DNA of 64,000 nucleotides from the human T2T-CHM13v2.0 reference genome, Homo sapiens: NCBI GenBank assembly GCA_009914755.4, contig CP068257.2, positions 17,088,001 to 17,152,000 of the forward strand, read 5' to 3'. Shown piece by piece: positions 28,355 to 40,947 of this stretch (position 1 is its first letter; each line of letters starts with the position of its first letter). The notes under the pieces were generated by a model. It saw only the letters and a program-made list of their open reading frames with translations, ran no database searches and was not told where the DNA came from. The position numbers and the translations under genes were made by a program.

Positions 28355-29510
28355 TTATAAAAAACAGAGGTTGCCAAGATCAATAGGGTTTCTAAGTTTT
28401 GCTCCAGGCCTAAGGTGGACTTTTGAAGCTTTTTTTCTGATGTCTGAAGCTGACTGAGTGATAAACTTATCCTTTAAGATTAATTGGCCTTCAATAGAGT
28501 CAGGTGACAGAGAGGTATGCTTCCTCAATGCCCCCCTTAGTGTCTCCAGAAAGGCAGTAGGATTTTCTTCCTTTCCCTGTGTTATAGTGGACATCATCGA
28601 ATAATTCATAGGCTTCTTCCTAGTTTTCCTTAGTCCTTCTAGCACGTAAGTTAGCTAATGTCTGCAGTACCATGTTCTGATTCTGTGTCCCAGTGAGGAT
28701 CTACACTGGGAACTGCCTGCTGGCCTGTGGGGAATCGTTCTCTTTCCTCTGTTGTCATCCTATCATTGACCTGACTGAGATACCAGAGATCGTCAAACTC
28801 TCGGGCTGCAGTTATGGTGGCACTTCTCTCATTTGGGGTTAGTGTCTGATTTAGCAGTAACATTATATCTCTCCATTGCAGATCAAAGGATTGTCCTAAC
28901 CCTTGTAAAACATCAATATAGCCATCAGGATTATCTGAGAATTTACCTAGGTCTATTTTAATTTGCTTTAAGTCTGAGAGAGAAAAAGGTACATGCACTC
29001 TGGCTGGGCTGAATTCTCTTCCTACCACTGCTTGGAGGGGACATAATCAGGGAATATTGGCACTGTTTGGTTCATTGTTCATCCCTTTGTCTATCTCCTT
29101 TGGACCACTTGGGTAACAGGGGGTCCTTATTGGTTGGGGAAGGAGTCGGGGGCATGCTGGGATAGGCAGGTAGACTCTGAGGGCTTCCTGTAGGGCATAA
29201 ACCACACTTTTTACATAATTGCGAGTTGTCTCTTAATGAAAATAAAGTTTGCACCTATGGCACTTCACTACATTTGCCCTCCTTTCTACAGAAGAGATCT
29301 AGCAGTAAGATGTTGTTATAATTTATACTTCTCTCAGGAGGCCAGGTTTCTCCCCCTTGAAGAGGGTATCGTGGCCAGGCGGTACTGCAGAAGAATATAA
29401 GTCATTTCTTTCTTAGCGTCTGAGGGTCAAATTGGTCCTAATTCTCCAGAATACATCTTAGGGGCGTTTTTGCCTTGGGGTGGGGGGAACGTTTCCCATC
29501 TGAAAAAAGA
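28355..29510 (-). pseudogene. ERV gag pseudogene: MA start (MGNVPPTP), proline-rich p12-like segment, and capsid.
   Basis: The minus ORFs at 28651-29028 (...FSLSDLKQIK...QWRDIMLLL...) and 28355-28645 (...NPTAFLETLRGALRKHTSLSPDSIEGQ...QSASDIRKK...) match gammaretroviral CA. The ORF at 29072-29254 is PPTPSP-rich. An MGN... start lies at about 29508. Confidence 0.75.
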
Positions 29511-29829
29511 ACATAGGGATGCCAGCACCCCTAGTCATTTTCCGATGAGCATTAGCCCTAGAGCGTCCTCTAAGGGCCTAATGCTTATTCTTTTCCAGGG
29601 TGAGTAACCACCCATGGACCTCTGCTTATCGGATTAGTTATGCTCACCGATGTAGCAGTCCTGCACCTGTTTTCCCGCCTCCCTTGACCACAAAGAAAGG
29701 GGTCCGGGCTGCTGGATTCTAGTGGTCCTTTACCAGCATGCCCAACATTGCCTTTGCGACCAGGGGTGAGTCCTAGAGCTTGGCTGGGTTCCTGAGCATT
29801 TCATAACCACCTAGCTGCCCCATTAAGAT

Positions 29830-30500
29830 GCATTCCTATAAAAGCAGTTCTTATGAAAATTTATTTCAAAGAGGGCATAGGTAACCTTTTGAGTAAGGAT
29901 TGAGAAGTCTTTTTGATTCTGTAAGTATTTTAAGGCTTGTCTGAGTGGAAACAGCTGGCATGTTTAAGGAGACAAATTTTTAGGCAATTTTTCTAACTGC
30001 TTCCACAAGAGTCTCTGTATCAATTACTGAATACCCATTGTGGTTTTTTTCCTCAATCACCTGGGAGGAACCATCTATCATCTATCGTCCTGTCCTGAAG
30101 GGAGTTCCTCCTAGGTCTGGTCGGACCTTTGTGTGGTAATTAAGATTTAAATCCTCTGTTAGGAAATCTGCTGGGTTAAGGGAATTATCAGTGGTTGGAG
30201 TTACATTACCCTTTTCTAACAGGATAGCCCCATACTTTAAGATTTTTGAGTTAGTAAGATATCCTTTTTGCTTTTTCGACTTAGAAAACTGGCGAGGTGT
30301 TCTCACAATGAGGTTTCCTCTAAAAGTTATTTTTCTACTTTTAGCAAAGCAGTTGCTGCTACAGATCGAATGCATCTGCGGGTTACTGGGTTAAGGATTT
30401 TTGATAGGAAAGCTACGGGTTGTCAGTGGTCTCAGTGATTTCAGGCTACGCCCTTGTTTACACTGACAACAAGGTAGTATTGCAGTGTTATAGGGTCACG
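29830..30500 (-). pseudogene. Second, diverged pol fragment (RT thumb, connection and the start of RNase H) in the leader between the 5' LTR and gag.
   Basis: Minus-strand translation gives PVAFLSKILNPVTRRCIRSVAATALLKVEK..GNLIVRTP...LTNSKILKYGAILLEKGNV...SLNPADFL...RPDL...IDGSS..VIDTET. This aligns to the same MLV Pol segment as the main copy at 26213-26440 (...LKYQALLL...LNPATFL...), but with only about 35% aa identity to that copy. Confidence 0.6.
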
Positions 30501-30570
30501 CAGAAGACCTTCAATTACCAATTATAGATTTTAAATTTACCCTGGCTTTTAAAGGAATAGGGCACACTGG

Positions 30571-30720
30571 TTTTTTTTTTTCTTTACTTTTTTTTTTTTT
30601 TTTTACTATTTCTATCTTTTTCTTTCTTTTTCTCTTTGACTCCTTCTTTATCTCTCTCTCTCTCCGTCTCTCTTTCTGTCTCTCTGTCTCTCTCTCTCTC
30701 CGTCTCTCTCTCTCTCTCTT
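30571..30720. repeat. Poly-T plus (CT)n/(TCTC)n simple-repeat expansion inside the ERV leader.
   Basis: Long T runs followed by ctctctctccgtctctctttctgtctctctgtctctctctctc. The K/R/E-rich minus ORF at 30511-30732 is a translation artefact of this repeat. Confidence 0.9.
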
Positions 30721-31401
30721 AGCCATTAACAAACTTGGGGCCCTGGCAAGGATGGTGTGGAACGGGTCCCACGTAACTGCCCATGTTGAGAGCTGTATAC
30801 CTAAATCAGAAGGGACACCAGGGATAAGACTCCCTGGGTTATAGCCTAGGTGCTTAAGGACGCAGAGTAGAGCTTCCTTAGATCCCTTTGGAGATACAAC
30901 TTGCTAGAGGAATTAAAAGTCTGAACCATCAGTACCTAGGAGGCAGGGATCAGAGGACGTAGATTCAGAGGTAAGGAGAATATTGGGGCTACACTTTCAA
31001 GAAAGTCGTGGTTGGGACCCAGGAGGTATGGGTCAGAAGGAAAGGTAAGAGGCACATGCATGGGAGACTGTTAAAGAGACTTCTGGCTGCACCATGATCT
31101 CAACCGGCTACCGCCGGGAGCTCGGGACAACAGCTTTCTGCCTCTAGTTGGCCCTCGACTTCCCCAAGAAAATTGAAAGTGGAAGCTACCTCCAGATTGT
31201 CCAATGTCCCCAACCCAGAAGGGTTGGGGGTTGTTAGAAAGCCCTTCCCCAGATAGCCTCACACCTGGGTCTTAAGTCTGGCGGCCACGCTAATCATTTT
31301 TAACTGGCTGACAAGTGCCCGGTATTTTCCTTCAATTCTAAGAAAGGATAGGACAGAAGAGCAAGTGAAAGTGGTCCAATATTACTCACCGCTTTGGAGG
31401 T

Positions 31402-31419
31402 TCCTTCCTGGTTGCCAAA
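31402..31419 (-). promoter_or_regulatory. Primer-binding-site-like 18-mer immediately 3' of the 5' LTR. In sense it reads tttggcaaccaggaaggaac.
   Basis: A TGG-initiated stretch directly abutting the LTR end, as expected for a retroviral PBS. I cannot confirm the tRNA identity from memory. Confidence 0.4.
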
Positions 31420-32164
<745 letters not shown>

Positions 32165-33285
32165 TAACCTCATGTGACTAGGCACAGTGAAAAAGCAGTC
32201 GAAGCTTCATTTGCACAAAGTTATTGAAGACATTATATAAAATTACCTTTAAGCTATATGTATCAATATATATGAAATATAAATGAATTTTGTGTTTAGA
32301 CTTGGGTTTCATTCTTAAGATATCTCATCCTGTATATGTAAATCTTCCCAAATTCCAAACATTTCTGGTCCCAAACATTTCAAATAAGGAATATTCAACC
32401 CATATGATAGGAGTGCAAAAAGAGAAAAGGATTTGAAAATGAAGAGGGTTAAATGCAAATGTTACTCAGAATAAAATAGATGATATTTTTAGCATTAGCA
32501 ATCTTACATCCTAGCTTCAATATCATTTATAATTTTCAGACTAACAAAGTATCATCACGTTTTTCTCACTGTTAAATAAATGAAATATCTTGTATTATTT
32601 AAAATATATAGCACTAGTTTTTTTATTTTATTATCCGTGTGTGTGTGTATTTGACCACAGAATGTGTAAGATTATAGTTCTTAGAAATAAAAGTCAAGAC
32701 AAGTTATTAAAATAATTAAATATAATATGCAAACTTAAATGTAATTTTATGTAGACCTTTTCTTATTCTGAGACTGCTAAATTTCAGCTATGTGCAATTT
32801 TACAATAACTCCCGGAAGACCATATCTTATTACGGACATCATTATGTTGAAAGTGATACAAATTTAGAACCCCAAATGAAAAAATTAAAAAAAAAATGTT
32901 TATTAGCCTTACTCACTTAGGCTTTCTTGTAGAGGAAATAAGAAATGCTAAAGATTTTGCATAGCAAAGTTGAAGTCTGTTATAACAGTAGGAGAGAAGT
33001 AATATACAAATTCACTTGTTGATATTTTTGAAAGAAAATTCTAAAAGTGTCCTCTTTCAAAATATCAGTACTTTAGAAATGAGGTTCTTTTGTTAAGGTA
33101 ACAAAATTGCCCTGGTTATATTAATTGTGAAATGACTATCTAAAGATTGCAAATAATAATTCAATTGAAAACTTAATTATCAAAAAAAGTTAAATAACAA
33201 AAGTAAACTCCTCAACATCATCTCTCTCTTAAAACCAGTGACTCTTCTTATATTTCTACTCTCAAATTAAAAATGTCATCAACAG

Positions 33286-33580
33286 GCTTAGTGGCTCATG
33301 CCTGTAATCTCAGCACTGTGGGAGGCCCAAGAAGGAAGATCACTTAAGGCCAGAGTTTGAGATCAGCATGGGTAACTCAGTGAGATCCCAGCGCTACAAA
33401 TTTTTTTTTAAATTAGCTGAGTATGGTGTCACTTGCCTGTAGTCCTAGCTATTCTGGAGGCTGAGGTGGGAGGATTGCTTGAGCCCAGAAATTCAAGGCT
33501 GCAGTGAGTAATAATCCCAACACTGCACTCCAGCCTAGGTGACAGAGCAAGACTCTGTCTCAAAAAATAATATAATAAAA
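33286..33580 (+). mobile_element. Alu SINE, older and diverged (AluJ/S-like).
   Basis: ggcttagtggctcatgcctgtaatctcagcactgtgggaggcc...gcctgtagtcctagctattctggaggctgaggtgggaggattgcttgagcccag...ctgcactccagcctaggtgacagagcaagactctgtctcaaaaaa. Confidence 0.85.
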
Positions 33581-33843
33581 TATGTCATCCCCTCAGGCAC
33601 TCCAGGCAGAAATATATTATTGTAAATTATTTTTTATTTCAACCATTTCATCCAAAGCAGTAATGAAATCCAGCCTATTTAAAATCCCAAGCATTTCTAG
33701 ACTATTTGTTTTTCTCATCTTTCCTATCACCAATGCCTGAATTTAAATTCCCCTTATGTCTTGTCAAGACTGTTAAAATTTTTTTCACCTAGTTTCCTTA
33801 ACTTCAGTATAAATTTCCTCTCACATTTAATTTACTGCATACT

Positions 33844-36225
33844 GTCTTAGTTCATTTTGTGCTGCTATAACAGAATACCTGAGACTGGGTAATTTATAAC
33901 AGAAATGTATTGGCTGACAGCTCTGGAGCCTGGGAAGTCCTACATCAAGCGACTGGCACCTTGTGAGGTTTTCTTGTTGTGTCATCTCATGGTGGAGGGT
34001 GGAAGGGCACACAGAGGGCCAAACTTGCCTTTTTATAATGACACCAATCCTACCCATGAGGGCAGGTGGAACCCTCATGACCTCATCATCACTCAAAACT
34101 CCCACCTTGTAATACTGTTATAATAGCAATTAAATTTTAACAAGAGTTTCTGATGGGACAAATATTCAAGCCATATCATTCTGCCCTGGCTCACAAAAAC
34201 TAATGTTCTTCTCACATACAAAAATACATTCATTCCATTTCTATAGCCCCAAGTGTTCCAGTATCAACTCAAAATTTCAATGTCTGGAGTCTCATCTAAA
34301 TTATATATGGGTGAGACCCAAGGGTTGATTCATCCTGAGGCAAGTTTCTTTTTAGCTATGAGTTTGTGAAATTAATCAAGTTATGTGCTTCCAAAACACG
34401 ATGGTAGAACAGGCATAAATAGACATTTCCATTCCAAAAGGGAGAAATAAGAAAGAAAAAAGGAAAAACAGGTCCCAAGCAAGTGCAAAACCCAACAAAG
34501 TAAACAATACTAAACCCTAAATCTTGAGAATACCCTTTTTAGACTATATCCTGCTTTAGGGACACATTGAGGTGGTGCTGGGTCCCTTAAGGACCCAGGC
34601 GGTTCTGCCCCTATGGGTTTGCAGGTATTAGCTCATACAACAGCTCCCACAGGTTAGAGTCTTATATCTGCATCTCTCCCAGGCTGACGTTGCATGCTGG
34701 TAGCTCTACAGTTCCAGGGTCTTAGGGGTGGCTGTGCTCCCATGGCTGTAATAGGTGCAGCCCTAGTGGGGACTCTGTAGCAGCTCTGCCCCTGACACAA
34801 ATCTCTGCCTGAACCTCCACACTGTCCACAGCATCCTTTGAAATCTAGGTAGAGAAAGCCATGCTCTCACAACTTTTGCATTTTTTTGCACCTGGAGAAT
34901 TAGCACCCTGTGGATGCTGCCACGGTTTACAGATTGAACTTTCTAGAGCAGCAGTTATAGCCACACCTGAGTCTGCTGGAGTCATATCTTGGGCAGCTGA
35001 GGGTTGCATCAGAACACACAGAATGCTGGAAACAAACATTGAGGCAGCCCTGTGTAGCCCTCATGGTCCTGAGGACACCCTAGGCCTCTCTTTTGATATA
35101 TTTCCTTCCCTCAGGCCTTGGCACTATGGGTCTGTGATGGGAGTTGTGACACAAGTAATCTCGAGAGTGCCTTTGTGGTCATTCTCCCATTGTTCTGGTA
35201 ATCTTCTCTGGCTTTGTTCTTTTTATACTAATTTTCTTATCAAATGTTCCCTTCACCACACTCATTTTCCTGTCCTGGAAAATGCTCTTTCATTTTCCAC
35301 GAAATGGCCAGGTTGAGAATTCTCCAAATCTCTAAACTCTGTTCCCATTTTAATTATCAGTGATGATTTTAAATGATGTCTCCGTTTTCACGTTTTACTG
35401 TATGCTGTTAAAAGAAGCCACATAGCACCTTGAATGCTTTGCTGCTTAGACATTTCTTCTGCCAGATATCCTAGTTCATCACTTAAATTCTGCCTTTCAT
35501 AAAGCCTTTGGGCGTAGACATTATTCCGCAAGATTCTTTCTCCCCTTACAACAGGGTTGGCCTTTTCTACAGTTTACAATACCTAATTCATTTCTTCCAT
35601 CTAAGATGTCATCAGGGTGGCCTTTACCGTCCATATTTTTAACAACATTCTGATTATGACAATGTAGATAATCTCTAAGAAGTACCAGACTTTCCTTACA
35701 ATGGAACGTCCTCTTCTGAGCCCTCACTAGGTTTGTCCTTAATGCTCCTTTAATAGTAATTTAGGTTTTTGTAGCTTGCTCTTCCAAATTCTTCCAGCCT
35801 CAACCCACTACCCAGTTCCAAAACCACTTGCAAGTATTCAGGTATTTGTTACAGCAACACCCTTTGTCCAGTAGTAATTTTCTGTCTCAATCCATTTCAT
35901 GATGCTGTAACAGAATACTGCAGACTGGGCAATTCACAACAAACAGAAATGTATTGGCTCGCAGTTCTGGAGGTTAGGAAGTACGAGATCGAGGTTCAGG
36001 CATCTCAGAAGGGTCTTCTTTTGGTGCCATCCTATGAAAGAAGGTGGAAGGGCAAAGAGAGGGCCAACTTTGTCCTTTATAATGGCACCAGTCCCACCTT
36101 TGAGGACAGAACTCTCGTGGTTTAATCACTTTTTAAGTATCTCATTTTCTGATAATGTTACAATGGCAATGAAATTTTGACATAGGTTTTGGAAGTGACA
36201 AACATTCAAACAACAGCCTAAACTA
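33844..36225 (-). mobile_element. Full-length MaLR element (MST/MLT1-type) in antisense. Terminal LTRs at 33844-34177 and 35881-36225, internal sequence of about 1.7 kb.
   Basis: Both terminal blocks are reverse complements of MaLR LTRs. They read (tgtcttagttcattttgtgctgctataacagaatacctgagactgggtaatttataa...ccatatca) and (...catttcatgatgctgtaacagaatactgcagactgggcaattcacaa...). They are direct repeats about 2 kb apart, which is the typical MaLR size. Confidence 0.65.
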
Positions 36226-36249
36226 TAGTTAGAAGTATTTCTCTAATAC

Positions 36250-37250
36250 ACCCTGACCATACTGATATGGGAGGAGGGCAGAGAAGTGCTGGGAGGAGAA
36301 GAGTGGGTCCCTGATGAGCGCTCTACCCTCCAGCCTGTGCCCATGGACCTAGGTGAGGACAGGCACTCCTGCCTTCATGGCCAAATGTTGCATTTCCCAA
36401 ACCACCCTGGCCCGCCATGCCCCCATCCTGTGCCTATAAAAACCCCAAGATCCTAGCAGGCCGACTGGACATCGAGAGGAACACGTCAGCGGAAGAAGAC
36501 ACAAGTGGCTGGATGTTGAGGGGAGCATGCCGCTGTAAGAGCACACCGATAGAGCTGGCAGGCGGCAGGCCATCAACCGGTGGAATGACGCGGAGTTTGG
36601 CCAGGGAGGTTGGAGGAGAGCCCGGGCCTCTGAGCGGCAGGACTCCACGGGAAAACCATCTTCCTTCTGGCTCCCCCACCTGCTGAGAACTACTTCCACT
36701 CACACTGAGCAGCCCGACTCCAAGGGAAAACCATCTCTCTTCTGGCTCCCCCATCTCCTGAGAGCTACTTCCACTCTAAAACTTGCACACATTCTCCAAG
36801 CCCATGTGTGATCTGATTCTTCTGGTATACCAAGGCAAGAAACCCGGGGATACAGAAATCCCTCTGTCCTTGTGATAAGGAAGGAGGGCTAACTGAGCTA
36901 ACACAAGCCACCTATGGATGGCTAAACTAAAAGAGCACCCTGTAACACACGCCCACTGGGGCTTCTGGAGCTGTAAACATTCACACCTAGACACTGCCGT
37001 GGGGTCGGAGCCCCACAGCCTGCCCATCCACATGCTCTCCTCAGAGGTTTGAGCAGGGAAGAAACGAGCCACATCCCCATCACACACCCTGCGAGGGGGA
37101 CAAGGGAACCTTTCCGGTTTCAATACCACTTCATTACCTAACACCTTCGCCTGAATCTCTGTGGTGTACAGTACATCAAGCAGAGCCAATGACTGTGACA
37201 GTGTTTTACGCGGCCTTCCTCTATCTGTTCCCAACTATGACCATTTCCTG
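36250..37250 (+). repeat. GC-richer LTR-like block, a class I ERV LTR candidate, with a tandem duplication of about 55 bp. The overlapping ORFs here are not credible CDS.
   Basis: It has a TATA-like cctataaaaacc at about 36433. The unit actccacgggaaaaccatcttccttctggctcccccacctgctgagaactacttccact is repeated at about 36640 and 36710. Both strands have open frames, which is typical of GC-rich repeat sequence. Confidence 0.4.
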
Positions 37251-38792
37251 GCATTCACCAAATAATCTAGAAGATGTCTGCACACACCATCCCTGTGCTC
37301 ACATTATTGTTTTTATTGACCCCATAGTAACTCTCCTAGAAAAGTCCCACCTCTTGCTTAAGTGTTAATTGGGTGCTATTTTCTCTTTTGGGCATTACCC
37401 TTGCCCTCTTCCCTTCATCCCTTCCAAGGAGCATGCTCCTTCCTGGACACTGCTATTCTGTATGCCCACCAATCCCTCACTCTCCCTAAGGCCTTCGCAA
37501 TTGTTGTTGCTTCTTTGATTTTCAGTCTAGGTATCATTTCTTCAGGGGAGATTTCCCAGATGACCCTTTTATTCACTCTTATGGTATGCCTCACTTCTCC
37601 TTTTTAGCACTTAGAAAAATTTCAAGTAAGTATTTTTGAGTGCATTTAAAAAGTTTTCTCAGTGTTTTCTAATCTCCCTAAGAATTGAACTATTATTTCA
37701 TTCACTGTTATAAAGTCAATGTTGAGAAATTCATGTGTGTGTAAAGATAGTATCTTTAGACAAGTTAAAATGTGCTTCCAAATTTGCTTTATATTAGTAC
37801 ATAATTTCTCACACTTCCCTTTTTCTATTCCTCTAGACTTATTTACTTGCTTCAGGATAGTTTGGGTAAGAATTCAAAAAGAAATAAGTGCTTAGTCAAT
37901 CTTGAATACATACATTAATTTTTTTTTTCTTTTGGTCTGTGTCGTCATCAACAACAAAAATAATCCTTAAAGTCAGGTTTTTTTTTTTATGGCAGAAAAG
38001 TAGTATGTTTTAGTAAAAATTATTTTAGCTCTCATCAGAAAAAGGCCTGAAAGACAGAGTCATAAAATTTTACTGTAAGCCATAACATAAAAATAGTATA
38101 GGGCTGCTTCAGGCGCATAGAAAGAATTGCAAAATCTTGCCCTTCCTGCTTAGGATAAGTGACAAGGACACAAGAGAAGAAGATAAAAGGGGAGATACAC
38201 AACCGTGTCTTACTCTAGCCCAACAATAAGTAAAAACTCAAAGGTATAGGTGTGCTAGAAACTGCTATATTTGCAAGAAGAAACATAAGGAAATCAGAAC
38301 TGGTAACCAGATTCCCTAAGAGTAGACCACACCTCTTGAAAAATATGGCCCAGAAGCAATACAACAGGGTTAGAGAACAGGTGATTTGAAACAGTAGCCT
38401 GGAGCAGCAGGTCTGACTCAACCAAATCTAGGATCTGGAAGTTCCCACATATCATGATCAGGAGACCTGGAGGTACAGACAACACTGAAGACAGTGAAAT
38501 TTTGGACAATTAGCCACATCCCCAAATGAGGACAGGCAGCTACTGAACCTCAGCAGTCTGCCTCAGCAGGCAAGAAATGGATTCAACAGACCACTCAAAG
38601 TCAAAGCCAGATAGATAGCAGGTCATGAGTCCCCATCAATTTCTTGTAGGAAACAAATTGTGTAAGTTTCTATTTCTCATTTCCCAGTATGTGAGATCAC
38701 CTTTTGGAAAATAAGTGGGGAAATATAAGACATATTAAATATGGAATATTTATCAGAAATATGGAATATTTATCAGAAAGGACCTAAGTCAC

Positions 38793-39183
38793 TTGTATTC
38801 ATCTTCTAAGGATGCCATAACAGAATACCTTAGACTGAGTAACTTAGACAAATGTATTGCCTCACAGTTCTGGAGGTTGGAAGTCCAAGGTCAAGGTGAT
38901 GGCAAGGCTGGATTCTAGGTGAGGGCTTCCTTCCTGACTTGCAGGTGGCCACCTTCTCACTGTGTCCTCACTTGGTCTTTCTCTGTGTATGTGCTCCTGA
39001 TGTCTGTTTTATATTTTTATTTTTCTGATAAGGACACTAGTCCTATTGGATGAGGGTCCACCCCTTATGACCTCATTTAAACTTGATTAATTCCTTAAAG
39101 TCCCTATTTCCAAAAACAGTCACATTGTGGGTTAGGACTTCAACCTATGAATTTTGGGAAGGATACAACTTAGTTCATAACAA
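38793..39183 (-). mobile_element. MLT1-type MaLR solo LTR in antisense.
   Basis: ...gccataacagaataccttagactgagtaacttagacaaatgtattgcctcacagttctggaggttggaagtccaaggtcaaggtg...ccaccccttatgacctcatttaaacttgattaattccttaaag...cacattgtgggttaggacttcaacctatgaattttggg. This is the reverse complement of the MLT1 consensus. Confidence 0.8.
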
Positions 39184-40537
39184 TCCTAAAAGGATATAAT
39201 CTGAACTAAAAGAGCTGAAGAAATCATCACATAGTAGTTACTCATGAGAAATATTAGTTATAGAACATACCGCAATCACATTTTGAAGTATTTAATAAAA
39301 ACGGATGCTAGAATTGCAACCCTGGAAAAGCTGTGTGGCTTATAAATGAATCCACAAGTGCATAAATTTATATGTATGTAGTCTTTTTAAATAAATAAAC
39401 ATCATGTATAAAAGGCAAAAGATCAAAAACAGCCTAAATACTCATCTATGGGATTTAATTTAAATCAATTATTGGGCCTTCATACATTATTGGAATTTTT
39501 ATATGCTCAGTGAAATGATAAGCTTTGACTTCACGTATTGAAATAGATATATCAATCTGTAATATTGCTATCATATTTTGTCTAGATTGACAAAGCACAT
39601 GCCTATCTTCTTTATTAATATGTTAATTTGTGACAATATATAAATTATAAATGATGAAATGATATATAACAGGCTTAACAAAGGGTTACAGGTGTCATCT
39701 CTGTGGCAATATTGTGATGGGCTCAAGATCACTGCTAAGAGAAGTAGTTAACTGCAGAATTAAATAGCCTGGCTCAGTAGTCACACCAGAGGTATCTTTG
39801 GCAAGTTATTTAATCTTAGGTTTTATAAGCCTCACTTTTTTCATCTATAAATGGGTCTAATAATTGTATCTATCTTACAGGATCATTGGTAGACCTAAAT
39901 GTTAATACAAGTAAAACACTTAGGAATGTGTGGGATATTGTGTGCACTTAATAAATGTCACATATTGTATCCTTTTATTATTTTTATTCCTATTATTATT
40001 AGATACAGTCCCAAATAATTTTATTTCTGGTTTTACAAAAGACATGTGGTGCTTTTCAATCACTGAAATCAATAAAGCCGATACATATACAAAAATTTTC
40101 AAAAAAAATTAGGTAATCACAATTTTTCTCTCTGCAATTTTACTAACATTATTTAGAAATGATGCTATTAAAGGGCATTACTTCTACTCATATAGACACA
40201 TGCATAGCCAATTATTTCATCTCTTTACTCTTCATCTTTAAGCTTGCCCACTGACTGTCCTAACTGTAACAGACTTAAACAACAATTATTTGCATGTGCC
40301 AATAGCAGCTAGGGGCTAAGGAGTAGATAAGAGAGTCATTGCTTATGTGACCGAAGGAGACAAATAATACGTGGATGAGGCTTTTTAATTTTTGCCCTTG
40401 AGAGAGTAATGTTCTCCTATCTTAAAAGGAAATCGATACCTGATATTAGATGCACATAAACTAATGATCAATACATCATGACAGTAGATTTGTGAATTCT
40501 CATCTAAGTCAACTAAACAAAGAAACCTATTTTATAT

Positions 40538-40947
40538 TGTGCTATGTTTTGAATTTGTTCCCCAAAGTTCCTGTGTTATAAATTGGTACCCAGTGCAGCA
40601 GTGCTGAGAGATGGAACTTTTAGGAGGCAATGAGTTTTGAGGGCTCTGCTCTCTTAAATGGGTTAATCCATTCATGGATTACTGGGTACTGAGGGAGTGG
40701 GTTAGTTATCATGAAAATGGGTAAGCAAGTTTGGCCATCTCTTGTGAGCTGTTCTTGCCATGTAATTAATGCCTTACACCACCAAGGGACTCTGCAGAGT
40801 CACCATTCGCAAGAAGGTTCTCATCAGATACAACCCCTCGATCATGGACTTCCCAGCATCCAGAACTGTAAGAAATGTATTTATTTTCTTTATAAGTTAC
40901 TCAGCCATGAGTATTCAGTTATACCAATAGAAAACAAATTAACACAT
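40538..40947 (+). mobile_element. MLT1-type MaLR solo LTR in sense.
   Basis: tgtgctatgttttgaatttgttccccaaagttcctgtgttataaattggtacccagtgcagcagtgctgagagatggaactttt...cttcccagcatccagaactgtaagaaatgtatttattttctttataagttactcagccatgagtattcagttatacc. The 106-aa ORF at 40711-41031 lies inside it. Confidence 0.75.

Noticed and set aside
29600-29720. A possible integrase C-terminal motif (...GKGP.../...VVKGGGKTGAGLLHR...) that would follow the second pol fragment.
   Set aside because: The match to the gammaretroviral IN C-terminus (WKGPY...AVKV.G..WIH..H.K) is too short and gapped to trust without a profile search.
30511-30732. A 73-aa minus-strand ORF rich in K, R and E (RERERRRERETERQKERRRERE...).
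   Set aside because: It is purely a translation of the (CT)n/poly-T simple repeat.
31402-31419. Assignment of the primer-binding site to a specific tRNA (Arg versus Trp).
   Set aside because: From memory the 18-mer tggcaaccaggaaggaac fits neither PBS perfectly. Naming the tRNA would be guesswork without a tRNA 3'-end alignment.
36349-37234. Overlapping ORFs of 106-152 aa in a GC-rich block.
   Set aside because: The frames overlap one another on both strands, which is typical of GC-rich LTR sequence. There are no recognisable motifs.
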